Below are positions 38,771 to 50,112 of a DNA stretch of 64,000 bases, piece after piece; positions within the stretch are counted from its first letter, which is position 1; the number at the start of each line of letters is the position of its first letter. Position numbers and translations under genes: made by a program. Below the pieces are notes generated by a model that saw only the letters and a program-made list of their open reading frames with translations, was not told the origin of the DNA and searched no databases. The stretch is taken from NCBI GenBank assembly GCA_028826165.1, contig JAPDFW010000063.1, forward strand, positions 434,001-498,000, in the 5' to 3' direction. The stretch comes from Anaeramoeba ignava BMAN. Taxonomy: Eukaryota > Protista > Anaeramoebae.

Positions 38771-40534
38771 TCAATTATTAAATTTGTTAATTAATAAATC
38801 AAATAAATTTGGATTTGTTTGATTTAATTGAAAATAATCAATTCCAATTTTAATTTCATCAATTATTTCTTGTGTAATTTGAATTTCATCTTTAATTTGA
38901 TTTGAATAAATCCAATATTCAAATATTTGAAATGATTTATTACTTAATTCACTATAATCTGTAACTTTATTAGAAGTATCTTCTGTAACAGATAAAAACA
39001 TTCCTCGATATAATTCACTTCTCATTATTAATATTAATTTAGGAAATTTATATTGTTTTTCTTTTCTTTCAATAATAAAATCTTTTTCATTTTCATTTTC
39101 ATTTAAATAAATTCTTTTCATTATTTCTTCAATTTTTTCATTTGAATTTATAATTTCTTTAATTTCAGAATATAATTTTGGATTTATAATTCTGTTTGAA
39201 TAAATCATTTCAAATATTTGATTTGATTTTTGAATTGATTTTTTTGAAATAATTTCTTGAAGTTTTTCAATTTGATTTTCATTTTGATTTAATCTATATT
39301 TCAATATTAATTTATGAGCTTCAATTATTTCTCCATTTTCTGTTTTAAATGAAATATCACAAAATTCTTTTCTTCTAAATAGTTTTATCAAATCTTCTTC
39401 AAGATTAGAAAAAGAAAGAGGAGAATAATAAAGGAATGATTTGTAATATCCACAATGAAGATGATAATTGAAAATATCTTCATTAAATCTTAATTTAGGA
39501 AGTTCAATTTGAATTGGAAATAATTGAAAATTTGTATCTCCAGTTCCTAATTGACCATATTCATTATATCCAAATCCAATTAATTTCCCTTTTGTAGTTA
39601 AAATCAAAGTATGAATTTCTCCAACAGAAAAATCAAGAATATCATCATTTTCAAATAAAGATGATTTGATTTCAGTAAATTTTCTTTGAGTTCCATCTTT
39701 GCCAAGTCCATTATATTGGTTACTTCCACATGAATAAAGTTTTCTTTTTGGATTTTCATTTTCATCTTGATTTTCAGTCAACATTATTGAATGAGCAATT
39801 CCACTTTGAATATCAATTATTTTGCCTTTTGGAATATTTTGTATTTTGGTTAATTTTTGGATTTTTATTTTTATCTTGCGTTTTGATAATCCAAATTTTC
39901 CAAAATTATCATATCCACATCCAAATAATTCTTGATTTGAATTTAAAAGAAAAACAGAAGAAGAAGTTCCTGAAAATATTTTAGAAACATTTTTCATCAT
40001 TAAAATTGGTTTTTGTGATTGTTTTTTTGATGATTTGAAACCAAGTTGACCAAATAGATTTGAACCAATTCCATAAGCATTATGATTTGAAGTTAATAAG
40101 TAAATTGAATCGTATCCACAAACAACATCTTCAATTATTCTATCTTTTTTATTTTTAATTAATGATGAAATATTGATAAATTCTTTTGGATTTTTTGGAT
40201 TAATATCATATCCTTTTGCAAATACATTTCCTTCTTTTGTTAAAATAGCTTGAATATTGGTTCCAAGTGAAAAATTTTGAATATTTTCAATTTGAATTTT
40301 ATGAGGATTTTGATTTGAATAATTAAAATATTCTATTGCTTTTCCATTTTTAAAAAGGAAAATTGTTGAAAATCTTCTTGATAAAATTTGTTTAATTTGT
40401 TTTTCATTTTCATTTTCATTTTCATTTTCATTTTCATTTTCAAATTTAAATTGAATTGGTTTTGTTATTGTATCTGGTTCATTTTTTAAAAAATTTTGAT
40501 ATTGATTTTGACCAAAAAATATAATTTCATTCAT
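38771..40534 (-). CDS. RCC1-repeat + BTB domain protein (paralogue 1 of 5)
   Basis: RCC1 repeats (FGYNEYGQLGTG, SVGEIHTLIL) and BTB (FCDISF...AHKLIL; LILIMRSELYRGMF). Confidence 0.88.
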   Translation of the reverse strand: MNEIIFFGQNQYQNFLKNEPDTITKPIQFKFENENENENENENEKQIKQILSRRFSTIFLFKNGKAIEYFNYSNQNPHKIQIENIQNFSLGTNIQAILTKEGNVFAKGYDINPKNPKEFINISSLIKNKKDRIIEDVVCGYDSIYLLTSNHNAYGIGSNLFGQLGFKSSKKQSQKPILMMKNVSKIFSGTSSSVFLLNSNQELFGCGYDNFGKFGLSKRKIKIKIQKLTKIQNIPKGKIIDIQSGIAHSIMLTENQDENENPKRKLYSCGSNQYNGLGKDGTQRKFTEIKSSLFENDDILDFSVGEIHTLILTTKGKLIGFGYNEYGQLGTGDTNFQLFPIQIELPKLRFNEDIFNYHLHCGYYKSFLYYSPLSFSNLEEDLIKLFRRKEFCDISFKTENGEIIEAHKLILKYRLNQNENQIEKLQEIISKKSIQKSNQIFEMIYSNRIINPKLYSEIKEIINSNEKIEEIMKRIYLNENENEKDFIIERKEKQYKFPKLILIMRSELYRGMFLSVTEDTSNKVTDYSELSNKSFQIFEYWIYSNQIKDEIQITQEIIDEIKIGIDYFQLNQTNPNLFDLLINKFNN

Positions 40535-40639
40535 TTTTAAAAAAGAAAAAAAATGAAAAAAATGATTTTTGGAATTTTGGAATTTTAATTTTAATTTTGA
40601 ATTTTAATTTTAATTTTAATTTTAATTTTGATTTTAATT

Positions 40640-42413
40640 TTAATTATTAAATTTGTTAATTAATAAATCAAATAAATTTGGATTTGTTTGATTTAATTGA
40701 AAATAATCAATTCCAATTTTAATTTCATCAATAATTTCTTGAGTAATTTGAATTTCATTTTTGATTTGATTTGAATAAATCCAATATTCTAATATTTGAA
40801 ATGATTTATTACTTAATTCACTATAATCTGTAACTTTATTAGAAGTATCTTCTGTAACATATAAAAACATTCCTCGATATAATTCACTTCTCATTATTAA
40901 TATTAATTTAGGAAATTTATATTGTTTTTCTTTTCTTTCAATAATAAAATCTTTTTCATTTTCATTTAAATAAATTCTTTTCATTGTTTCTTCAATTTTT
41001 TCATTTGAATTTATAATTTCTTTAATTTCAGAATATAATTTTGGATTTATTATTCTGTTTGAATAAATCATTTCAAATATTTGATTTGATTCTTTAATTG
41101 ATTTTTTTGAAATAATTTCTTTAAGTTTTTCAATTTGATTTTGATTTTGATTTAATCTATATTTCAATATTAATTTATGAGCTTCAATTATTTCTCCATT
41201 CTCTGTTTTAAATGAAATATCACAAAATTCTTTTCTTCTAAATAGATTTATCAAATCTTCTTCAAGATTAGAAAAAGAAAGAGGAGAATAATAAAGAAAT
41301 GAATTATAAGATCCACAAGAAATATGATAATTAGAAATATCTTCATTAAATCTTAATTTAGGAAGTTCAATTTGAATTGGAGTTTTTTGAAAATTTGTAT
41401 CTTCAATTCCTAATTGACTATAAGAATTATCTCCAAATCCTATCAACTTTGAATTTGAAGTTAAAATCAAAGTATGAGAATCTCCAACAGAAAAATCAAG
41501 AATATTATCATCATTTTCAAATAAAGATGATTTGATTTCAGTAAATCCATAAGTATTTTCTTTTTTGTCAAGTCCATTATATTCATAATTTCCACATGAA
41601 TAAAGTTTTCTTTTTGGATTTTCATTTTGATTTTGATTTTCAATCAACATTATTGAATGAAAATATCCACTTTGAATATCAATTATTTTGCCTTTTGGAA
41701 TATTTTGTATTTTGGTTAATTTTTGGATTTTTCTTTCTTTTATTGATTTTCCTAATCCAAGTTGACCATGATGATTATCTCCGCATCCAAATAATTCTTG
41801 ATTTGAATTTAAAAGAAAAACAGAATATGAAAAATTTCCTGAAAATATTTTAGAAACATTTTTCATCATTAAAATTGGTTTTTGTGATTGCCTTTTCGAT
41901 TTTTTTAAACCAAGTTGACCAAAATAATTTGAACCAATTCCATAAACATTTTGATTTGAAGTTAATAAGTAAATTGAAAATCTTCCAGAAACAATATCTT
42001 CAATTATTCTATCTTTTTTATTTTTAATTAATGATGAAATATTGATAAATTGATTCGGATTATTTGGATTAATATCATATCCTTTGGCAAATACATTTCC
42101 TTCTTTTGTTAAAATAGCTTCATTTCGGAAAACCAACAGATACTTTTTGAATATTTTCTTCAATTTGGATTTTTTCAAGATTTTCATTTGAATTTTTTCT
42201 ATTAAAATATTCTATTGCTTTTCCATTTTCAAAAAGGAAAATTATTGAAAAATAACTTGATGAAATTTGTTTAATTTGTTTTTCATTTTCATTTTCATTT
42301 TCATTTTCATTTTCATTTTCAAATTTAAATTGAATTGGTTTTGTTATTTTATTTGGTTCATTTTTTAAAATAATTGGATATTCTTTTGAACCAAAAAATA
42401 AAACTTCATTCAT
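40640..42413 (-). CDS. RCC1-repeat + BTB domain protein (paralogue 2), frameshift near 42130
   Basis: ORFs 42120-42413 and 40640-42187 together give a full-length paralogue. Confidence 0.8.
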
Positions 42414-42445
42414 TTTTGAAAAGGAAAAAATGAAAAAAAAATTTT

Positions 42446-43075
42446 TTAAATGAAATAAGTTTCCAATTCATCAACAACCCATTCATTAAAAGAACCAGCT
42501 AAATAACTTTGAGCTTCATCTGTATCTTGATGAATTCCATTAGGGAGATCATAACTATGACCAAAATCTGACCAACCAGGTTGTAAATCAGATTGTAACC
42601 AAAAATCACTTTCAAATCCACATCCAAAATATGGTCCATAAATCAAATTCGAATGAATTGCATTCGATTCTTGACCTTTCTGAATGGGAAATTTCTCAGG
42701 TTTTCGATCTCCTTTATCATTTCTTAATGAAAAAATAAATGCATTTGAATCTTTAATATCTTTTGTGATTCCATTGAATCCAATTTGAGTAAATCCTCCA
42801 AAAATAAAATTATCTTTTGTTTTGATAATAACTAATGTTTTTCCTTTCCCATCAACTGATTTATGCCAATTTTGAGAATTAAATCCATCTCTTTTTGCTG
42901 AAAATACTTTTTTCATTTTGTAAAAGAAATCATCATCATTTATCCATTCTTTTAATTTATTAACATATTCTTTTTCTGTAATAATTTCCGAATCTGAAAA
43001 GATCTCAATTAAATCATTTTTTGATTCATTTTTCTTTTTCTCTCTTTCCTCATCCTTAACTTGTTTTTTCTCCAT
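42446..43075 (-). CDS. Intronless stand-alone TLDc domain protein
   Basis: FSAKRDGFNSQNWHKSVDGKGKTLVIIKTKDNFIFGGFT...GPYFG...VDELETYFI; close paralogue of the TLDc domain at 4309-7014. Confidence 0.88.
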   Translation of the reverse strand: MEKKQVKDEEREKKKNESKNDLIEIFSDSEIITEKEYVNKLKEWINDDDFFYKMKKVFSAKRDGFNSQNWHKSVDGKGKTLVIIKTKDNFIFGGFTQIGFNGITKDIKDSNAFIFSLRNDKGDRKPEKFPIQKGQESNAIHSNLIYGPYFGCGFESDFWLQSDLQPGWSDFGHSYDLPNGIHQDTDEAQSYLAGSFNEWVVDELETYFI

Positions 43076-43228
43076 TGTTCTTATTAGTCTTGATTTATTC
43101 CAAAATGAAATGAAAAATGAAAAATTTTAATTTTAATTTTAATTTTGATTTTGATTTTAATTTTAATTTTAATTTTAATTTTAATTTTAATTTTGATTTT
43201 AATTTTAATTTTAATTTTAATTTTGATT

Positions 43229-45001
43229 TCAATTATTAAATTTGTTAATTAATAAATCAAATAAATTTGGATTTGTTTGATTTAATTGAAAATAATCAAT
43301 TCCAATTTGAATTTCATCAATAATTTCTTGAGTAATTTGAATTTCATTTTTGATTTGATTTGAATAAATCCAATATTCAAATATTTGAAATGATTTATTA
43401 CTTAATTCACTATAATCTGTAACTTTATTAGAAGTATCTTCTGTTACAGATAAAAACATTCCTCGATATAATTCACTTCTCATTATTAATATTAATTTTG
43501 GAAATTTATATTGTTTTTCTTTTCTTTCAATTATAAAATCTTTTTCATTTTCATTTTCATTTTCATTTAAATAAATTCTTTTCATTGTTTCTTCAATTTT
43601 TTCATTTAAATTTATAATTTCTTTAATTTCTGAATATAATTTTGGATTTATTTTGGAATTATTTGAATAAATCATTTCAAATATTTGATTTGATTCTTTA
43701 ATTGATTTCTTTGAAATAATTTCTTTAAGTTTTTCAATTTCATTTTGATTTTGATTTAATCTATATTTCAATATTAATTTATGAGCTTCAATTATTTCTC
43801 CATTTTTGGTTTTAAATGAAATATTACAAAATTCTTTTCTTTCAAATAGTTTTATCAAATCTTCTTCAAGATTGGAAAAAGGAGAGAGGAAAGGAGAATA
43901 ATAAAGAAATGATCTGGAATATCCACAAGAAATATGATAATTAGAAATATTTTCATTAAATCTTAATTTAGGAAGTTCAATTTGAATAGGAGTTAATTGA
44001 TTTTTTGTATCTCCAGTTCCTAATTGATTGTAGGCATTATATCCAAACACTATCAATTTTGAATTGGATGTTAAAATCAAAGTATGAGCATTTCCACAAG
44101 AAATTTCTCGAATATAATCATTTTCAAATAAAGATGATTTGATTTCAGTAAATTCATAAGTATTTTCTTTTTTGCCAAGTCCATTATATTCATAAAATCC
44201 ACATGAATAAAGTTTTCTTTTTGGATTTTGATTTTCATTTTCAATCAACATTATTGAATAAGGATGTCCACATTGAATATCAATTATTTTGCCTTTTGGA
44301 ATATTTTGGATTTTGGTTAATTTTTGGATTTTTGTCTCATATAACGATTTTCCTAATCCAAGTTGAGTATAAAGATTCCATCCGCATCCAAATAATTCTT
44401 GATTTGAATTTAAAAGAAAAACATGAAGTGAAGAATTTCCTGAAAATATTTTAGAAACATTTTTCATCATTAAAATTGTTTTTTGTGTTCTATAAAGTGT
44501 TTTAGAATTAAAACCAAGTTGACCATATCCATTAAAACCAATTCCATAAGCATTTTGATTTGAAGTTAATAAGTAAATTGAATTTCTTGAACAAACAACA
44601 TCTTGAATTATTCTATCATTTGTATCTTCAATTAATGATGAAATATTGATAAATTCATTTGTATTTTTTGGATTAATATCTTCTCCTTTGGCAAATACAT
44701 TTCCTTCTATTGTTAAAATAGCTTCATTTCCAGAACCAACAGTTACTTTTTGAATATTTTCTTTAATTTGGATTTCAGGATTTTGTTTTGAATTATTTTC
44801 ATTTAGATATTCTATTGCTTTTCCATTTTCAAAAAGGAAAATTATTGAAAATTCACCTGTTGAAATTTGTTTAATTTGTTTTTCATTTTCATTTTCATTT
44901 TCATTTTCAAATTTAAATTGAATTGGTTTTGTTATTTTATTTGGTTTATTTTTAATAAGAATTGGATTTTGATTTAAACCAAAAAATATAATTTCATTCA
45001 T
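43229..45001 (-). CDS. RCC1-repeat + BTB domain protein (paralogue 3)
   Basis: Same motifs as paralogue 1. Confidence 0.88.
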   Translation of the reverse strand: MNEIIFFGLNQNPILIKNKPNKITKPIQFKFENENENENEKQIKQISTGEFSIIFLFENGKAIEYLNENNSKQNPEIQIKENIQKVTVGSGNEAILTIEGNVFAKGEDINPKNTNEFINISSLIEDTNDRIIQDVVCSRNSIYLLTSNQNAYGIGFNGYGQLGFNSKTLYRTQKTILMMKNVSKIFSGNSSLHVFLLNSNQELFGCGWNLYTQLGLGKSLYETKIQKLTKIQNIPKGKIIDIQCGHPYSIMLIENENQNPKRKLYSCGFYEYNGLGKKENTYEFTEIKSSLFENDYIREISCGNAHTLILTSNSKLIVFGYNAYNQLGTGDTKNQLTPIQIELPKLRFNENISNYHISCGYSRSFLYYSPFLSPFSNLEEDLIKLFERKEFCNISFKTKNGEIIEAHKLILKYRLNQNQNEIEKLKEIISKKSIKESNQIFEMIYSNNSKINPKLYSEIKEIINLNEKIEETMKRIYLNENENENEKDFIIERKEKQYKFPKLILIMRSELYRGMFLSVTEDTSNKVTDYSELSNKSFQIFEYWIYSNQIKNEIQITQEIIDEIQIGIDYFQLNQTNPNLFDLLINKFNN

Positions 45002-45170
45002 TTTTGAAAAGAAAAAAATGAAAAAATGATTTTAGGATTTTTAATTTTAATTTTAATTTTTAATTTTAATTTTAATTTTAATTTTAATTTTAATTTTAAT
45101 TTTAATTTTTAATTTTAATTTTAATTTTAATTTTGATTTTTAATTTTAATTTTTGATTTTGATTTTAATT

Positions 45171-46919
45171 TTAATTATTAAATTTCCTAATTAATAAATC
45201 AAATAAATTTGGATTTGTTTGATTTAATTGAAAATAATCAATTCCAATTTTAATTTCATCAATAATTTCTTGTGTAATTTTAATTTCATCTTTAATTTGA
45301 TTTGAATAAATCCAATATTCAAATATTTGAAATGATTTATTACTTAATTCACTATAATCTGTAACTTTATTAGATTTATCTTCAGTAACAGATAAAAACA
45401 TTCCTCGATATAATTCACTTCTCATTATTAATATTAATTTAGGAAATTTATATTGTTTTTCTTTTCTTTCAATTATAAAATCTTTTCCATTTTCATTTAA
45501 ATAAATTCTTTTAATTGTTTCTTCAATTTTTTCATTTGAATTTATAATTTCTTTAATTTCAGAATATAATTTTGGATTTATTATTCTGTTTGAATAAATC
45601 ATTTCAAATATTTGATTTGATTCTTTAATTGATTTTTTTGAAATAATTTCTTGAAGTTTTTCAATTTCATTTTGATTTAATCTATATTTTAATATTAATT
45701 TATGAGCTTCAATTATTTCTCCATTCTTGGTTTTAAATGAAATATCACAAAATTCTTTTCTTTCAAATAGTTTTATCAAATCTTCTTCAAGATTAGAAAA
45801 AGAAAGAGGAGAATAATAAAGAAATGATTTGTAATATCCACAAGAAATATGATAATTAGAAATATTTTCATTAAATCTTAATTTAGGAAGTTCAATTTGA
45901 ATTGGAATTGATTGAAAATTTGTATCTCCAGTTCCTAATTGACCATAAACATTATTCCCAAATCCTATTAATTTCCCCTTTGAAGTTAAAATCAAAGTAT
46001 GAGCATTTCCAACAGAAAAATCAAGAATATTATCATAATTTTCAAATAAAGATGATTTGATTTCAGTAAATTCTCTTTTAGTTCCATCTTTTTCAAGCCC
46101 ATTATATTTAGCAAATCCACATGAATAAAGTTTTCTTTTTGGATTTTGATTTTCATCTTCAATCAACATTATTGAATGAAAATTTCCAGATTGAATATCA
46201 ATTATTTTACCTTTTGGAATATTTTGGATTTTGGTTAATTGGATTTCTGTTTCTTCTTTTCTTGATTCTCCTAATCCAAGTTGACCAAATAAATTATATC
46301 CACATGAAAATAATTCTTGATTTGAATTTAAAAGAAAAACATGTTTTGAAGTATTTCCTGAAAATATTTTAGAAACATTTTTCATCATTAAAATTGGTTT
46401 TTTTGAGTTTATTGGTTTTTTTGAACCAAGTTGACCGTAAATATTTGAACCAATTCCATAAACATTTTGATTTGAAGTTAATAAGTAAATTGAACTGTGT
46501 CCAGAAACAATATCTTGAATTATTCTATCTTTTTTATTTTTAATTAATGATGAAATATTGATAAATTTATTTGGATTTTTTGGATTAATATCTTCTCCTT
46601 TGGCAAATACATTTCCTTCTTTTGTTAAAATAGCTTCATTTCCATTACCAACAGTTACTTTTTGAATATTTTCAATTTGGATTTTTTCAATTTTTTGTTT
46701 TGAATCATTTTCACTTAAATGTTCTATTGCTTTTCCATTTTTGAAAAGGAAAATTATTAAAAGTTCTCTTGATGAAATTTGTTTAATTTGTTTTTCATTT
46801 TCATTTTCATTTTCATTTTCATTTTCAAATTTAAATTGAATTGGTTTTGTTATTCTATCAGGTTCATTTTTGATAAGTTTTGGAAATTGATTTTCACCAA
46901 AAAATAAACAATCATTCAT
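45171..46919 (-). CDS. RCC1-repeat + BTB domain protein (paralogue 4)
   Basis: Same motifs as paralogue 1. Confidence 0.88.
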   Translation of the reverse strand: MNDCLFFGENQFPKLIKNEPDRITKPIQFKFENENENENENEKQIKQISSRELLIIFLFKNGKAIEHLSENDSKQKIEKIQIENIQKVTVGNGNEAILTKEGNVFAKGEDINPKNPNKFINISSLIKNKKDRIIQDIVSGHSSIYLLTSNQNVYGIGSNIYGQLGSKKPINSKKPILMMKNVSKIFSGNTSKHVFLLNSNQELFSCGYNLFGQLGLGESRKEETEIQLTKIQNIPKGKIIDIQSGNFHSIMLIEDENQNPKRKLYSCGFAKYNGLEKDGTKREFTEIKSSLFENYDNILDFSVGNAHTLILTSKGKLIGFGNNVYGQLGTGDTNFQSIPIQIELPKLRFNENISNYHISCGYYKSFLYYSPLSFSNLEEDLIKLFERKEFCDISFKTKNGEIIEAHKLILKYRLNQNEIEKLQEIISKKSIKESNQIFEMIYSNRIINPKLYSEIKEIINSNEKIEETIKRIYLNENGKDFIIERKEKQYKFPKLILIMRSELYRGMFLSVTEDKSNKVTDYSELSNKSFQIFEYWIYSNQIKDEIKITQEIIDEIKIGIDYFQLNQTNPNLFDLLIRKFNN

Positions 46920-46976
46920 TTTTAAAAAGAAAAAAAATGAAAAAATGATTTTAGGATTTTAATTTTAATTTTAATT

Positions 46977-48758
46977 TTAATTTTGATTTGAATTTTGATT
47001 TTTAAATTTCCTAATTAATAAATCAAATAAATTTGGATTTGTTTGATTTAATTGAAAATAATCAATTCCAATTTGAATTTCTTTAATAATTTCTTGTGTA
47101 ATTTTAATTTCATCTTTAATTTGATTTGAATAAATCCAATATTCAAATATTTGAAATGATTTATTACTTAATTCACTATAATCTGTAACTTTATTAGAAG
47201 TATCTTCAGTTACAGATAAAAACATTCCTCGATATAATTCACTTCTCATTATTAATATTAATTTTGGAAATTTATATTGTTTTTCTTTTCTTTCAATTAT
47301 AAAATCTTTTTCATTTTCATTTAAATAAATTCTTTTCATTGTTTCTTCAATTTTTTCATTTGAATTTATAATTTCTTTAATTTCAGAATATAATTTTGGA
47401 TTTATTATTCTGTTTGAATAAATCATTTCAAATATTTGATTTGATTCTTTAATTGATTTTTTTGAAATAATTTCTTTAAGTTTTCCAATTTGATTTTTAT
47501 TTTGATTTTGATTTAATCTATATTTCAATATTAATTTATGAGCTTTAATTATTTTTCCATTTTCTGTTTTAAATGAAATATCACAAAATTCTTTTCTTTC
47601 AAATAATTTTATCAAATCTTCTTCAATATTGGAAAAAGAAAGAGGAGAATAATAAAGGAATGAATTGTAAGATCCACAAGAAATACGATAATTAGAAATA
47701 TCTTCATTAAATCTTAATTTAGGAAGTTCAATTTGAATTGGAAATAATTGAAAATTTGTATCTCCAGTTCCTAATTGACCATATGAATTATCTCCAAATC
47801 CTATTAATTTTGAATTGGAAGTTAAAATCAAAGTATGAGCACTTCCAACAGAAAAATCAAGAATATTATCATCATTTTCAAATAAAGATGATTTGATTTC
47901 AGTAAATTCATAAGTACTTTCATTTTTGCCAAGTCCATTAGATTGATAATATCCACATGAATAAAGTTTTCTTTTTGGATTTTGATTTTCATTTTCAATC
48001 AACATTATTGAATGGGAATATCCACATTGAATATCAATTATTTTGCCTTTTGGAATATTTTGGATTTTGGTTAATTCTTGGATCTCTATTTCCTTTCTTC
48101 TTGGTTTTCCTAATCCAAGTTGACCACATCCGTTATCACCACATGAAAATAATTCTTGATTTGAATTTAAAAGAAAAACATGTTTTGAAGAATTTCCTGA
48201 AAATATTTTAGAAACATTTTTCATCATTAAAATTGGTTTTTCTGAGTTTATTAGTTTTTTTGAACCAAGTTGACCGTAAATATTTGAACCAATTCCATAA
48301 ACATTATGGTTTGAAGTTAATAAGTAAATTGAATTACTTCCAGAAACAATATCCTGAATTATTCTATCATTTTTATTTTTAATTAATGATGAAATATTGA
48401 TAAATTCATTTAGATTATTTGGATTAATATCATATCCTTTGGCAAATACATTTCCTTCTATTGTTAAAACACCTATATTACTAGAGCCAACAGTTACTTT
48501 TTGAATATTTTCAATTTGGATTTTTGATGGATTTTGATTTGAATCTTTTTCACTTAAATATTCTATTGCTTTTCCATTTTCAAAAATAAAAATTGTTGAA
48601 AAAAAACCTGTTAAAATTTGTTTAATTTGTTTTTCATTTTCATTTTCATTTTCATTTTCATTTTCAAATTTAAATTGAATTGGTTTTGTTATTATTTCTA
48701 TTTCATTTTTTAAAATAATTGGATATTCTTTTGAACCAAAAAATAAACAATCATTCAT
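46977..48758 (-). CDS. RCC1-repeat + BTB domain protein (paralogue 5)
   Basis: Same motifs as paralogue 1. Confidence 0.88.
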   Translation of the reverse strand: MNDCLFFGSKEYPIILKNEIEIITKPIQFKFENENENENENEKQIKQILTGFFSTIFIFENGKAIEYLSEKDSNQNPSKIQIENIQKVTVGSSNIGVLTIEGNVFAKGYDINPNNLNEFINISSLIKNKNDRIIQDIVSGSNSIYLLTSNHNVYGIGSNIYGQLGSKKLINSEKPILMMKNVSKIFSGNSSKHVFLLNSNQELFSCGDNGCGQLGLGKPRRKEIEIQELTKIQNIPKGKIIDIQCGYSHSIMLIENENQNPKRKLYSCGYYQSNGLGKNESTYEFTEIKSSLFENDDNILDFSVGSAHTLILTSNSKLIGFGDNSYGQLGTGDTNFQLFPIQIELPKLRFNEDISNYRISCGSYNSFLYYSPLSFSNIEEDLIKLFERKEFCDISFKTENGKIIKAHKLILKYRLNQNQNKNQIGKLKEIISKKSIKESNQIFEMIYSNRIINPKLYSEIKEIINSNEKIEETMKRIYLNENEKDFIIERKEKQYKFPKLILIMRSELYRGMFLSVTEDTSNKVTDYSELSNKSFQIFEYWIYSNQIKDEIKITQEIIKEIQIGIDYFQLNQTNPNLFDLLIRKFKNQNSNQN

Positions 48759-48944
48759 TTTCTTTTTTTTTTTTCTTTTTTATTAATTTTTTGGAAAGAA
48801 AAAAAATGAAAAGAAAAATGAAGAAAAGAATCGAATTAAATTGAAAAAAAAAAAGAATTAAAATGAATTTTGAATTTGAATTTGAATTTGAATTTGAATT
48901 TTGAATTTGAATTTGAGTTTGAGTTTGAATTGTGAAAAAAATGA

Positions 48945-50045
48945 TTAGAAATTATGAGAAAATTTGTGAATTCTCGATGGTCCAAATTCTTCATATTCTT
49001 CTTTTTTTAGTGAAATTTGTGAAAATTCTGGAAATCCTGAAAAAATTGATCCTCCAATCCATGGAAGAATATCATTGTTCATTTGTGAAGAAATGAAAAC
49101 GTTTTGATTTCCACTTAAATCAATTAATTCTTTTCTTAATCGATCTTCAAATCCATTCATCATTGTTGTTCCTCCTGAAAGTATAATGTTTGATAATAAA
49201 GTGCTTTGGATATTTGGTTCAAATAGTTCAATACTTGTTAAAATTGATTGTTGAATACTTGGTTGATCAATATAAAAACGAAGTGGTTGAAAAAATGATT
49301 CTGCACATTCAAATCTTGCTGAATTAAGAATAACTTCTTTATCTGTTTCAAAATTAAATGATTTTTCACATTGATTTGATTGTTTTGATATTTCAAGTTC
49401 TTGTTCATAATCTTGTGAAATATATCCTAAATTTTCTTTGATTTTTTTAACAATTTCGAAATCAATAGTTGATGAAAAATAATATCCACTTTTTTTCATT
49501 ATTTTCATTAAATATTTTGTAATGTTTTTTCCTCCATATTGATAAAATGGTAATTTATAATTTGTTGAAAATTTTCCATCATAAATTGGTAATATTTGAG
49601 TTAATTCATCACCAATATCAACAACAACTCCTGTTTTTTTATTCAATCCAATAAGAGTTAAAATAGGTTGTAATTCAAATGCAATTGATGGAACATCAAA
49701 TGTTTCAATAAAAATTTGTGTTAAATGTTCTTTTTGTGCTTTTGATTCAAAAATTGGTTCAGTAATAAGAATTGGTTTATCTGAAGGTTCAATATTAAGT
49801 TCTTTATAAAAAAGATGAGTGTAAATTTTTTCAAAAAAATCCCAATTTTTAATTCTTCCATTTTTCGTTATATATTCTAAACTTAATTCTTGATTTGAAA
49901 TTGTTTCATTTCCAATATAATATTCATTTTTTATTGTTTTTCCAATTAAATTTGGTAATTTTATTCTTGGTAAATTTTCACCTGCAAATCCTGCTTTGAT
50001 TGAATTTGAACCTTGATCAATAACAACTGCATTTCCATATTGCAT
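48945..50045 (-). CDS. Divergent actin-related protein A, copy 1
   Basis: VVIDQGSNSIKAGFAG, GVVVDIGD, NIILSGGTTM, WIGGSI. Confidence 0.88.
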   Translation of the reverse strand: MQYGNAVVIDQGSNSIKAGFAGENLPRIKLPNLIGKTIKNEYYIGNETISNQELSLEYITKNGRIKNWDFFEKIYTHLFYKELNIEPSDKPILITEPIFESKAQKEHLTQIFIETFDVPSIAFELQPILTLIGLNKKTGVVVDIGDELTQILPIYDGKFSTNYKLPFYQYGGKNITKYLMKIMKKSGYYFSSTIDFEIVKKIKENLGYISQDYEQELEISKQSNQCEKSFNFETDKEVILNSARFECAESFFQPLRFYIDQPSIQQSILTSIELFEPNIQSTLLSNIILSGGTTMMNGFEDRLRKELIDLSGNQNVFISSQMNNDILPWIGGSIFSGFPEFSQISLKKEEYEEFGPSRIHKFSHNF

Positions 50046-50112
50046 TAACTTATATTAAAATAAATATAATAAATAAATTAAAAATAAATTAAAATTAAAT
50101 TGAATATTTTTG

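Noticed and set aside
9377-42413. Programmed frameshifting or widespread pseudogenisation
   Set aside because: Breaks fall mostly in homopolymer-rich stretches across unrelated genes, the typical long-read error pattern; read polishing is needed first
39730-48211. Recurrent ~84 aa antisense ORFs (MNKVFFLDF...)
   Set aside because: They recur only because the sense RCC1-BTB genes are paralogous; there is no independent evidence
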